A stretch of 64,000 nucleotides of DNA from Clostridia bacterium (GTDB taxonomy: Bacteria > Bacillota > Clostridia > TANB77 > CAG-465), in NCBI GenBank assembly GCA_045537895.1, contig JAZSQI010000044.1, positions 6,307-70,306 on the forward strand. The letters run 5' to 3'. The translations under genes were made by a program, and so were the position numbers. Below, piece after piece: positions 1-9,204 of the stretch. How positions within the stretch are numbered: the stretch's first letter is position 1; each line of letters starts with the position of its first letter. The notes beneath the pieces were generated by a model, which saw nothing but the letters and a program-made list of their open reading frames with translations, did not search any database and was not told the origin of the DNA.

Positions 1-1
1 T

Positions 2-157
2 ACGTATATTCAAAATAAAAATAGTGTAAAGTTATATAAAGACATAAATCAAGATGCAAGCATGGCATTTTTACAAGAAATAAAAAATAGCTCTGAGCTT
101 TCAAGTTATAGTGCAAATATAGAAAATGATAAATTAGTTATAAAATTAAATAAATAG
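2..157 (+). CDS. 3' end (51 codons) of a gene that starts upstream of the window; function unknown
   Basis: Open frame from the window edge to TAG at 155-157, followed by a long inverted-repeat terminator. Confidence 0.3.
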   Translation, partial: TYIQNKNSVKLYKDINQDASMAFLQEIKNSSELSSYSANIENDKLVIKLNK

Positions 158-165
158 TATTTAAC

Positions 166-220
166 AATAATGTATATTTTTTGTGATTATTTTACAAAAA
201 AGTATACATTATTTTCTTTT
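166..220 (+). terminator. Rho-independent terminator
   Basis: AATAATGTATA (166-176) pairs with TATACATTATT (203-213), followed by a T-rich tract. Confidence 0.55.
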
Positions 221-255
221 TCTGATATAATATACAAAAATATATAATGGAGTGA

Positions 256-2463
256 GTGTTGTTAATGTTAAGAGGTTTTGTTAAAAGAAAAAAATTCATA
301 TATATATTGTTTGGGATTTGTATGATGCTTGTGTTTGGAAAAAATAATTGTTTTGCTTACGTAAAATCTACAATTTCAGATAGTTTTCCAGCAAGTTATC
401 AAAGTTATATAGATAAAATAAAAAAAGAACATCCAAATTGGGTATTAAAAGCTTTTTATACACATTTAGATTGGAATGATGTGCTTGATTCAGAAGCTTC
501 TGGAACATATTCTAGAATTCAAAATTCAGCATATGGAGATGCTTGGAAGAAAATAGAGGCATCAAATAGTAGTGCATATAATGCAGCTGGTTTTGTTCTT
601 GCGTCAAGGTCAGCAGTTGCATATACATTAGATCCAAGAAATTTCTTGAATGATGAAGGTATTTTCCAATTTAGAGTTATAGATGCAAATGTAGATTCAG
701 ATACAGAATCTGCTGTAAATGAAGTAGCTTTTAATACTCCTATGTATAACGCTAAATATAATGGTGAGAAATATTCAACTATAATTAAAAACGTAGGAAC
801 AGAAAAGAAAATAGCTCCAACATTTATTATATCAAGAATAAGGCAAGAAACAGCTTGTGATATTATTAATAACGGTTCAATAAATGGAAAAAACTCAAAA
901 TACCCTAACTATTATAATTTCTTTAATATTGGAGCAGTGGACGGAAATGGTGCTGTACAAGCTGGTATTAATTTAGCATATTCAATGGGATGGAACACAC
1001 CTAAAATAGCAATTGCTGGTGGAATGGATTGGTTAAATAAAAAATATGTAAAATATGGACAAAATACAGTATACTTCCAAAAATTTGATGTTGCAAATCC
1101 ATATGGTAATGCAACAGTAATGCTTTCATCACAATATATGACCAATATATTAGCGCCAAAAGGGGAAGCAAAAATAGCATACAATGGTATTTCAAGAGCA
1201 GGTACATTAAATAATACATATACATTCTATATACCAATTTATGATAATATGCCATCACTTGCTTCACCAGTTCCAACGTTAGGTTACTATGAAAATGATA
1301 ATACAATGGTATATTTAGACGATCCTAGCGATAATCTTTCAGATACTTTTAAAATTAGATCATCTGCTGATTCATCAAGTAATAGTAATGTAATATGTAC
1401 GTTAGTAGAGCCAAGTGATGTAAATAAAAAGACAATATTTACAAGACTAAAAAAAGGTATAGATACAGGTTGGGATTATGTACAATTTGAAAAAGACGGA
1501 AAGATAATAGAAGGATATATTTGGAATTCATATGTATATGAATATTCATACACAAAAGTTACAGGTGTAAGTTTGAATAGTACATCAAAAACATTAAGGG
1601 TTGGAGATACGTATTCTCTTATAGCAACAGTTGAGCCTACAGGTGCTAAGTTTAAAGATGTAGAATGGAGCAGTTCAAATAGTAAAGTTGTTACTGTAGA
1701 TAATAATGGAAATATAAAAGCAGTTGCAGCAGGTTCGGCAGTAGTAACTGTTAAAACTAAAGACCAAGCAAAAACAGCTACATGTGTTGTTAATGTTACT
1801 GATAAAAATCCTAGCATAGCTTTAGATAAAACTGAGTATAGTGTAATTAATGGCAAGAGTATATCATTTAGGGCTACAATTACAGATACAGATATTACTG
1901 AATTTGATACAGTAATTGAAAATGAAAATATAGCTAAAATTGAGAATGGAAAAATAGTTGGAATATCAGAAGGGGAGACAAAAATAATTGTAACTATAAA
2001 AGGAACAAATATAAAAGCAGAGGCAACGGTAAAAGTTACTGAGCTTAAAGATGGAGATATAGTTATAGATGAAAGTTTAAGTGTAGCCGAAGATATAATT
2101 ACTAATGTTAATACAGGAACTAAAGTTAAAGATATATTAGAAAAAATAACAACAACATATGATATAGAAGTAAAAAATATTTCTGATAAAGTATTAGTAG
2201 AGCATGATGAAATTGGAACAGGTACAAAAATTAATATTAAAAAGCCAAATGATGAAATAATTTGTACATATTCAATTGTTGTATCTGGAGATGTAAATGG
2301 TGATGGCATTGTTGATTCAATGGATATGTATAATACAATCCAACATATATTGGAAAATAAAGTTCTTGAGAATGTATTATTCAAAGCCGGAGATACAAAT
2401 TCTGATTTAAAAATCGATTCTATGGATATGTATAATATTATACAAATAATTTTGAAAAAATAG
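256..2463 (+). CDS. Secreted peptidoglycan hydrolase: GH73-type endo-beta-N-acetylglucosaminidase + SH3b + Big_2 Ig-like repeats + C-terminal dockerin-like repeat pair
   Basis: Hydrophobic N-terminus. RIRQETACD and YNFFNIGA glucosaminidase-type motifs. GWDYVQFEKDGKIIEGYIW is SH3b-like. VTGVSLNS...VVTVKT is Big_2-like. GDVNGDGIVDSMDMYN and GDTNSDLKIDSMDMYN form a dockerin duplicate. The start could be GTG 256 or ATG 265. Confidence 0.8.
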   Translation: MLLMLRGFVKRKKFIYILFGICMMLVFGKNNCFAYVKSTISDSFPASYQSYIDKIKKEHPNWVLKAFYTHLDWNDVLDSEASGTYSRIQNSAYGDAWKKIEASNSSAYNAAGFVLASRSAVAYTLDPRNFLNDEGIFQFRVIDANVDSDTESAVNEVAFNTPMYNAKYNGEKYSTIIKNVGTEKKIAPTFIISRIRQETACDIINNGSINGKNSKYPNYYNFFNIGAVDGNGAVQAGINLAYSMGWNTPKIAIAGGMDWLNKKYVKYGQNTVYFQKFDVANPYGNATVMLSSQYMTNILAPKGEAKIAYNGISRAGTLNNTYTFYIPIYDNMPSLASPVPTLGYYENDNTMVYLDDPSDNLSDTFKIRSSADSSSNSNVICTLVEPSDVNKKTIFTRLKKGIDTGWDYVQFEKDGKIIEGYIWNSYVYEYSYTKVTGVSLNSTSKTLRVGDTYSLIATVEPTGAKFKDVEWSSSNSKVVTVDNNGNIKAVAAGSAVVTVKTKDQAKTATCVVNVTDKNPSIALDKTEYSVINGKSISFRATITDTDITEFDTVIENENIAKIENGKIVGISEGETKIIVTIKGTNIKAEATVKVTELKDGDIVIDESLSVAEDIITNVNTGTKVKDILEKITTTYDIEVKNISDKVLVEHDEIGTGTKINIKKPNDEIICTYSIVVSGDVNGDGIVDSMDMYNTIQHILENKVLENVLFKAGDTNSDLKIDSMDMYNIIQIILKK

Positions 2464-2478
2464 TTAGGAGAGTAGAAT

Positions 2479-3849
2479 ATGAAAAAATGTAAAAAAATTC
2501 TTGGTATATTGTTAATAATTATATGCTCTATATGCATATTTAAAAGTGTTGAAGCAACTACAATAACTGCTCCAGCAAGTGTTGAAAAAGGTAAGAGTGT
2601 AACAATAACTGTTAGTGTGCCAAATGTAAATACTGTAGATCTTACAGCAACTGTCTCTGGTGCAGGAACAAGTGGGACAATTAGATTAGTAGATGGTTCT
2701 ATGACAGGAGAAGCGAAAACTTTTTCTAAAAGTATAACAGTTACTCCAACAACTGCCGGAACTATAACAGTTTCAGTTTCATCTGGTTCTAATGCTGTTT
2801 TAAATGGTGCATATGTAGATGTTGCAGCATCAAAGACAATAACTGTGACTGAACCACCTGTAGTAACACAACCTTCTAGTAGTGCAACAAATAATACAAC
2901 TCCAACAACACCTTCAACAAATACAACGACTCAAAAACCAACAAATAAAAATACTAACACAACTACAACAAAATCTTCAAATGCCAATTTAAAAAATATG
3001 ATATTAAGTGTAGAAGGATTATTACCTGCATTTAGTAAAGATATAACAACATATTCTTTAAATGTTGGAGAAAACGTAAATGAAATTAAAGTAAATGCAT
3101 CAGTTGTACATAGCAGAGCTACATATTCTGTATCAGGAAACACTAATTTAAAAGAAGGAGAAAATGTAGTAACAGTAAAAGTAACAGCAGAAGATGGAAC
3201 AGTAAAAACATATACAATAAATGTATTAAAAGCAGATGATCCTGTAAAATCAGATGCAACTTTATACTCATTAATAATAGAGGATGTAGATTTAGGTAAA
3301 GCTTTTGATCCTAATGTGACTGAGTATAATGCAGGAGATATAACTGTAAAAGCAGATAAATTAAATATATATGCATATACAAATAATGAAAATGCAAAAG
3401 TAGAAATATTAGGAAATGAAAATTTGACTGTTGGAGAAGGAAAAATTATAATAAGAGTTACTTCTGAAAATGGAAAAATAACAAAAGACTATGTTGTTTC
3501 CTTTAATAAACTATATTCAGAAGAAAGTGTAGAGGCAGATAGTAATGCGCTAAAAGAAACCTCAAAAAAAGTATCATTTGGTGATAAAATAAAAACTTTT
3601 TATAACAATACTTTGAAACCAAACATGACAGTTATAATTCTGTACGTGTTTATTTGGGTTGAATTTATACAAGTAGCATATTTATATGAAAAATTAAAGA
3701 AATATGAGGAACTTGATAAAATTACTATTAGTAGAAAATTAAAAAATCTATATATAAAAGAAATAAATAAAGATGATAAGAAAAATGAAAAGAAAACAAG
3801 AAGAGGAAAAGAAAATCCAATTTTTCCAGATGAAGAAGATAAAAAATAA
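2479..3849 (+). CDS. Type I membrane surface protein: signal peptide, ~100-aa beta-rich head, Thr/Pro/Asn linker, two cadherin-like beta-sandwich domains, C-terminal TM helix and Lys/Glu-rich tail
   Basis: GGAG SD sits 8 nt upstream and the gene begins 15 nt after the hydrolase gene. NANLKNMILSVEGLLPAFSKDITTYSLNV and ATLYSLIIEDVDLGKAFDPNVTEYNAG match the cadherin-like (LSxL..G.L.P.F...YxxxV) pattern. The TM segment is VIILYVFIWVEFIQVAYLY. Confidence 0.75.
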   Translation: MKKCKKILGILLIIICSICIFKSVEATTITAPASVEKGKSVTITVSVPNVNTVDLTATVSGAGTSGTIRLVDGSMTGEAKTFSKSITVTPTTAGTITVSVSSGSNAVLNGAYVDVAASKTITVTEPPVVTQPSSSATNNTTPTTPSTNTTTQKPTNKNTNTTTTKSSNANLKNMILSVEGLLPAFSKDITTYSLNVGENVNEIKVNASVVHSRATYSVSGNTNLKEGENVVTVKVTAEDGTVKTYTINVLKADDPVKSDATLYSLIIEDVDLGKAFDPNVTEYNAGDITVKADKLNIYAYTNNENAKVEILGNENLTVGEGKIIIRVTSENGKITKDYVVSFNKLYSEESVEADSNALKETSKKVSFGDKIKTFYNNTLKPNMTVIILYVFIWVEFIQVAYLYEKLKKYEELDKITISRKLKNLYIKEINKDDKKNEKKTRRGKENPIFPDEEDKK

Positions 3850-3946
3850 TTAATACGTTTTTTATGAATTAATATATTTAAAATAGTAAATAATAATGTG
3901 TATACACATGTTATTATTTGCTATTTTTTTGTTTAAAGGAGTGAAG

Positions 3947-6172
3947 ATGTTGTTAAATATTATTAGTTATTTAAAAAGAATTAATACTAAAGTTATAAAA
4001 ATAATATTAGTGTTTTTTGCTATAACAATTATATATATAACAAATAACATTTTTGCTGCTACAAAAGTTACAGGAATATCAGCTTTTCCAACTAGTTATC
4101 AAGTTTATCTTAAACAGTTACAAAAATTACATCCAAACTGGAGTTTCACTGCTCTAAATACAGGATTAAATTGGAATGATGTAATACGTGGCGAAGGACC
4201 ATATATTGATTTAAAAAGAAGTGCAGTACCTCTTTCTTTTGCAGAATTGTGGAAATGGAAAAATAGCAGTGGTAATTACAACGTAATAGAAGAAGGCTGG
4301 GTTACAGCTTCTGAAAAGGCAGTTAGCTATAGTATGGATCCTAGAAGATATTTAAATGAAATGAATATATTTCAATTTGAAACGTTAAACTATGATTCTA
4401 GCCAGCAAAATCAGGATGGAGTAGAGCAAATATTTTATGGTACTTTGATGTATAAAAATAATATATCATATACAGATACGAGTGGTAATAAACAAACAAT
4501 TAACAAAACATATAGTAAAGTTGTAATGGAGGCTGCTGCAAAATATGGTGTTAGTCCATATCATTTGGCATCTAGAATAAAACAAGAAACAGGATGTGAT
4601 ATGCAGAACAATACTTCAATAAAGGGAAATGTAGCAGGTTATGTCGGCCTATATAATTACTATAACATAGGAGCAACGGGTGGAGATGATCCTGCAATAT
4701 CAGGGCTTGCTTATGCAAGAAGCGTAGGTTGGACCACGCCAGAAAAAGCTATACTTGGTGGAGCACAGTTTTTAGCTGAAAAATATATAAGTGTTGGACA
4801 ATATACAATATATTTACAAAAATTTAATGTAAATGATGACGCATCATATGCTTTGTATACACACCAGTACATGCAAAACATATTAGCACCAGCAAGTGAA
4901 TCGGTATCAGTATATAATGCGTATAACGATATGGGATTAATAGATATACCATTTAATTTTGTTATACCAGTATATAATAATATGCCAGAATCTCCAGCTG
5001 ATATATATGTACAAAATCCAAATGATTTTGTTTTAGATAGTACAAAAGTATATACAACAGTAAATTTAAATGTACGTTCTGGACCTGGAACGGGTAATAG
5101 TACAATACTTACAGTGCCTAAAGGTACTGTAATGACAAGAATTGCAAGAGGAATTCAAGCAGGAGAAAGATGGGATAAGGTAAAACTAAGTACTGGCGTA
5201 GAAGGCTATGTGTTCCAAAGCTATATTAAAGATTATGCATATACAAAAGTAACAGGAGTAACTTTAAATAAAACTAACATAGAGATAAACGTTGGAGATG
5301 AAGTTACTTTAATACCTAATATATCACCAGTATCAGCGACATATAAAGAGGTGTATTGGTCTTCTAATAATAATGAGATAGTAACGGTATCAGAAACAGG
5401 TGTTGTGACTGGCTTAAACGAAGGCTCAGCAATAGTTACAGTTACAACAGAAGAACAATTAAAAACAGCAAGTTGTGTTATAAATGTTAGAAAAAGACAG
5501 CCATCAATATCACTTGATAAAACTATATATACCGTTATAAAAGATAAGAGTTCATCTTTTAACATTACAATAAATGATTCTGATATATCAGAGTATGACA
5601 TTGTAATTGATGATGAAAATATAGCAAAGATAGAGAATGGAAAAATATTGGGAATATCTGAAGGAACAACTAAAATAACTGTAAATATTAGGGGAACAGA
5701 CATAAAAAAACAAGCTACTATAAATGTTATAGAGCTTAAAGAGGGAGAGATACAATTTGATGAAAGTGTAAATGTAGATGGAGACGTAATTTCTAATATA
5801 TCGCTTGGTACTAAAGTTCAAAATTTGAAAGAAATGGTACAGACTACATATATGATTTCAATTAGAAATATTAATAATGAAGAATTAAATGAAGATGCAT
5901 TAGTAACAAATGGTGCTAAAGTTCAAATATTAAATGCAGAAAATGAAATAGTGTATGAGTATAGTGTATTAATTTACGGGGATGTAAATTTAGATGGAAA
6001 AATAAATTCAGGTGATTTATTAAGTTTAGTAAAACACTTAAATAAAAGTAATGTGTATAACAATCAGATTGTAATAAAATCAGCTGATGTAAATTTAGAT
6101 GAGAAAATAAACTCAGGTGATTTACTAAGAATAGTAAAACACTTAAATGGCACAGCTACACTTGGAAGTTAG
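3947..6172 (+). CDS. Paralog of 256..2463: GH73 glucosaminidase + SH3b + Big_2 repeats + dockerin-like repeats
   Basis: AAAGGAG SD precedes ATG 3947 (the ORF track starts earlier, at 3896). RIKQETGCD and YNYYNIGA motifs. GERWDKVKLSTGVEGYVF is SH3b-like. GDVNLDGKINSGDLLSLVKHL and ADVNLDEKINSGDLLRIVKHL form the dockerin pair. Confidence 0.8.
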   Translation: MLLNIISYLKRINTKVIKIILVFFAITIIYITNNIFAATKVTGISAFPTSYQVYLKQLQKLHPNWSFTALNTGLNWNDVIRGEGPYIDLKRSAVPLSFAELWKWKNSSGNYNVIEEGWVTASEKAVSYSMDPRRYLNEMNIFQFETLNYDSSQQNQDGVEQIFYGTLMYKNNISYTDTSGNKQTINKTYSKVVMEAAAKYGVSPYHLASRIKQETGCDMQNNTSIKGNVAGYVGLYNYYNIGATGGDDPAISGLAYARSVGWTTPEKAILGGAQFLAEKYISVGQYTIYLQKFNVNDDASYALYTHQYMQNILAPASESVSVYNAYNDMGLIDIPFNFVIPVYNNMPESPADIYVQNPNDFVLDSTKVYTTVNLNVRSGPGTGNSTILTVPKGTVMTRIARGIQAGERWDKVKLSTGVEGYVFQSYIKDYAYTKVTGVTLNKTNIEINVGDEVTLIPNISPVSATYKEVYWSSNNNEIVTVSETGVVTGLNEGSAIVTVTTEEQLKTASCVINVRKRQPSISLDKTIYTVIKDKSSSFNITINDSDISEYDIVIDDENIAKIENGKILGISEGTTKITVNIRGTDIKKQATINVIELKEGEIQFDESVNVDGDVISNISLGTKVQNLKEMVQTTYMISIRNINNEELNEDALVTNGAKVQILNAENEIVYEYSVLIYGDVNLDGKINSGDLLSLVKHLNKSNVYNNQIVIKSADVNLDEKINSGDLLRIVKHLNGTATLGS

Positions 6173-6184
6173 AAGGAGGTATAT

Positions 6185-7537
6185 ATGAAAAAAATATTAA
6201 AGAAAATTATATTAGTAAATGTATTTTTATCTGTAATAATATTTGCAAGTAGTATTTATGCAGCAACAGCAAATATTTCAGCTACTAAAGTTGAAGCATA
6301 TGTTGGTGATGCTGTAAATATTAATATAAGCATAAATGCTGCTGCATGGAATTTAAATGTAAGCGGTAGTGGAATAACAGGTGAGAATATAACTGGATTT
6401 AATATGGAGGGTACGAATCAGTCAATTAATAAATCATATAGATTAAATACAAGTTCAGCAGGCACGTATACTATATATTTAAAAGGTGATATATCTGATG
6501 GTGCAACAGATATAACAACAGATATTTCAAATAGTGTTACGGTAACAGTAAAAACTAAACCAGTAACCACTCCAGCTACTACTCCACCAACACCATCTAC
6601 AAATACCACAACCCAAACAAAGCCACAGGCTAATACTACAACAAGTAACAAGAATGATAGTACAACTACAACATTAAGTAGTAATGCATATTTAAGTCAG
6701 TTTAGGGTAGACCAACCAGGCATTACACCAGCTTTTAGTAAAACAATATATAATTATGCTATAACAGTTGGGGAAGATGTTAATAATTTAAATGTGACGG
6801 CAGTGCCAGAATATAATAAAGCAACAGTATCAATATCAGGTAATACAAATTTAAAGGAAGGAGATAATACTATTACAATAAGAGTTACAGCTCAAGATAA
6901 AAAAAATGTAAAAACATATAGAATAATAGTTACTAAAACGGATGATCCAGTAAAATCAAATGCATATCTACAAAGTCTTTTTGTAAAAGATTTAACATTA
7001 AATCCTACGTTTTCTGCAGAAGTATTTGAATATACATTAGGTGCAGTTGATAGTTCTCTTAAAAAAATAGAAATAGCTGCTTTTCCAGTAAATGAAAATG
7101 CAAAGGTTGATGTTGTTGGAAATGATAATTTAGTAGTTGGGGAAAATACAATAAAAGTAATAGTTACATCGGAAAATGCAAAAAATCAAAAGACGTACAC
7201 ATTGAAAGTTACAAAGGAGAAAGAGGAAAATAGATTAGTGGATTTAAATTCTGATGAAGACAAAGCTGAAAAAAGTGAGGCAGATGAAAGTAGTAATTTT
7301 AGGGAAGTATTATCTATGATGAGATTAACATTAAAGGAAAATGCAGCAGTACTTCTTTTATATGCATTAGCTTGGATTGAATTTTTGCAAGTAGTATATT
7401 TATATGAAAAAATAAAGAAAATGGAAATAAAAAATGTTGGAACTAATATAAAAGAAGAAATTGAAATAGATAAAGAAAAAAGAATATTAAAAAGAATAAG
7501 AGTTAAAGAAAATATAATAGAAAAAGATGATAAGTAA
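6185..7537 (+). CDS. Paralog of 2479..3849: signal peptide, beta-rich head, Thr/Pro linker, two cadherin-like domains, C-terminal TM helix and charged tail
   Basis: GGAGG SD; the gene begins 12 nt after the upstream gene. SNAYLSQFRVDQPGITPAFSKTIYNYAITV and NAYLQSLFVKDLTLNPTFSAEVFEYTLG are the cadherin-like segments. The TM motif LLLYALAWIEFLQVVYLYEKIKK is conserved with the paralog. Confidence 0.75.
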   Translation: MKKILKKIILVNVFLSVIIFASSIYAATANISATKVEAYVGDAVNINISINAAAWNLNVSGSGITGENITGFNMEGTNQSINKSYRLNTSSAGTYTIYLKGDISDGATDITTDISNSVTVTVKTKPVTTPATTPPTPSTNTTTQTKPQANTTTSNKNDSTTTTLSSNAYLSQFRVDQPGITPAFSKTIYNYAITVGEDVNNLNVTAVPEYNKATVSISGNTNLKEGDNTITIRVTAQDKKNVKTYRIIVTKTDDPVKSNAYLQSLFVKDLTLNPTFSAEVFEYTLGAVDSSLKKIEIAAFPVNENAKVDVVGNDNLVVGENTIKVIVTSENAKNQKTYTLKVTKEKEENRLVDLNSDEDKAEKSEADESSNFREVLSMMRLTLKENAAVLLLYALAWIEFLQVVYLYEKIKKMEIKNVGTNIKEEIEIDKEKRILKRIRVKENIIEKDDK

Positions 7538-7549
7538 AAGAAATAAAAG

Positions 7550-7574
7550 ATCCTACCACATAATATGGTAGGAT
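7550..7574. terminator. Bidirectional hairpin terminator between convergent genes
   Basis: ATCCTACC (7550-7557) pairs with GGTAGGAT (7567-7574), with A/T runs on both sides. Confidence 0.6.
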
Positions 7575-7585
7575 TAATATTTTCT

Positions 7586-8869
7586 TTAAGAAAGTCTTGA
7601 TACAATACTATCAATTTCCTTTTTTAAATTTTCTTCATCAATATTTAAGTTTAATTTTTTATTTCTTAAGATAACTTCTCCATTTATAATAGAAGTAGAT
7701 ACATGATAGTTTCTAGTATTATGAACAACTTGAGATATAACATCAGCAGTAGGGTATACAGAAATATCATTATAATCTAATAATATAATATCAGCCTTTT
7801 TACCAACTTCAATAGAGCCAATTTTGTTTTCAAGATTAAAAGCTTTTGCACCATTAATCGTAGCAAGTTTTAATACATCATAAGCATTCATAATAGTTGG
7901 AGCTTTGTAAATACCTTTTTGTAATAAATCGACAAATGCCATATGATAGAACATGTCTATATTTATAGCAGAGCCTGCGCCATCAGTTCCAAGGCATACA
8001 TTTATTCCATTATCAATATATTTTTTTATTGGAGCTATGCCACATCCTAGATTAAGATTGCTTATTGGATTGTGAACAATACTAACATCATATTTACTTA
8101 ATAAAGCTATTTCATCATCATCTAAATATGTACAATGAGCAAGTACAAGTTTGCATTTTAAAAGTCCTAATTTTTCTAAGACAAAAGCTGGTTTCATCCC
8201 ATATTTTTGGGTAATAGAAGCCACTTCATCTAAATTTTCCGACATATGCATGTGAATAGGCAGATTATACTTAAGAGCAACATCTCTTAGAGTTTCAAGA
8301 TAGTTATTACTGCAAGTATATAGCGCGTGAGGAGCTACTGAAAAAGTTATTAAAGCAGATAGGCCTTTGTTTTCAGAATATAACTTTTCAAATATATCTA
8401 ATCTATCATTTCCTTTGCCGTCTGAATCCATACAACAATTAGTAAAAATTTCTCTTATTTTACATTCTTTAATAGCCTTTATACTTTCTAAACTTCCAAA
8501 GTAATGATCTGCGCTAGTTGTAGTACCTGATTTAATGCTTTCAATACAAGATAGTAAAGTAGTATAATAAATATCTTTCCAAGACATTTTATCTTCGATA
8601 GGCCATATTTTCTTAGTTAACCAATCATTTAAATTATAGTTGTCATTAGTACATCTAAAAATACTCATTCCAAGATGCGTATGGCAGTTAACTAATCCTG
8701 GCATTACTATTTTATTTGTAGCATCTATTATTTCATCAGCACTACCTGTATAATTTTGTTCAATGTTTATTATAGTATCATCTTTAATAACAATGTCTAG
8801 TTTTTCATATTTTTCTTTTCTTTTTTCATCCATTGTTATTACTGTTCCATTTTTTATAACTTTAATCAT
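7586..8869 (-). CDS. Amidohydrolase-superfamily deaminase (MtaD / chlorohydrolase-like)
   Basis: PGLVNCHTHLGMS metal-binding HxH motif near the N-terminus. HMSE and GTDG motifs. The ~427-aa length is typical of MTA/SAH deaminase-type amidohydrolases. Confidence 0.7.
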   Translation of the reverse strand: MIKVIKNGTVITMDEKRKEKYEKLDIVIKDDTIINIEQNYTGSADEIIDATNKIVMPGLVNCHTHLGMSIFRCTNDNYNLNDWLTKKIWPIEDKMSWKDIYYTTLLSCIESIKSGTTTSADHYFGSLESIKAIKECKIREIFTNCCMDSDGKGNDRLDIFEKLYSENKGLSALITFSVAPHALYTCSNNYLETLRDVALKYNLPIHMHMSENLDEVASITQKYGMKPAFVLEKLGLLKCKLVLAHCTYLDDDEIALLSKYDVSIVHNPISNLNLGCGIAPIKKYIDNGINVCLGTDGAGSAINIDMFYHMAFVDLLQKGIYKAPTIMNAYDVLKLATINGAKAFNLENKIGSIEVGKKADIILLDYNDISVYPTADVISQVVHNTRNYHVSTSIINGEVILRNKKLNLNIDEENLKKEIDSIVSRLS

Positions 8870-8960
8870 AATATCACCTATGGGTATTATACAATAAAAT
8901 AAATGATATAACTAGTAATTTTATATAATTGATAAAAATATTTTTAATGATAATTTAAAT

Positions 8961-8993
8961 ATATAAAACTTCCTACTTCATAAGTAGGAAGTT
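8961..8993 (-). terminator. Terminator of the tRNA-Glu gene
   Basis: 13-bp stem: AAACTTCCTACTT (8966-8978) pairs with AAGTAGGAAGTTT (8982-8994 region). A T-run follows on the minus strand. Confidence 0.6.
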
Positions 8994-9005
8994 TATAATA
9001 ATAGT

Positions 9006-9080
9006 TGGTGACCCATACGGGAATCGAACCCATGATTCAGCCTTGAGAGGGCTGCGTCTTAACCGCTTGACCAATGGGCC
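9006..9080 (-). tRNA. tRNA-Glu, anticodon CUC
   Basis: The reverse complement reads GGCCCATTGGTCAAGCGGTTAAGACGCAGCCCTCTCAAGGCTGAATCATGGGTTCGATTCCCGTATGGGTCACCA. It folds as a cloverleaf with a 7-bp acceptor stem and anticodon stem CAGCC/GGCTG. The anticodon loop is CTCTCAA, the T-loop is TTCGATT, and CCA is encoded. Confidence 0.9.
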
Positions 9081-9204
9081 ATTTTAACTAACAAAATAAT
9101 TATAGCAAAAAAAAATGTCTAAGTAAAGCAAATTTAGATAGTTTATTGAAAAAAGATAAAATAAATTATATAATGTCTATATAAATTTGATTTAAGGAGG
9201 ATAT

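Noticed and set aside
1476-2537. 353-aa minus-strand ORF antisense to the hydrolase gene. Similar long antisense ORFs occur at 5233-5703, 19244-19738, 25270-25854, 27354-27764 and 62388-62921.
   Set aside because: The translations are low-complexity (Ser/Ile/Phe/Thr-rich) and lack SD sites. They lie opposite genes with strong domain motifs. They are the expected mirror frames of purine-rich AT-biased coding DNA.
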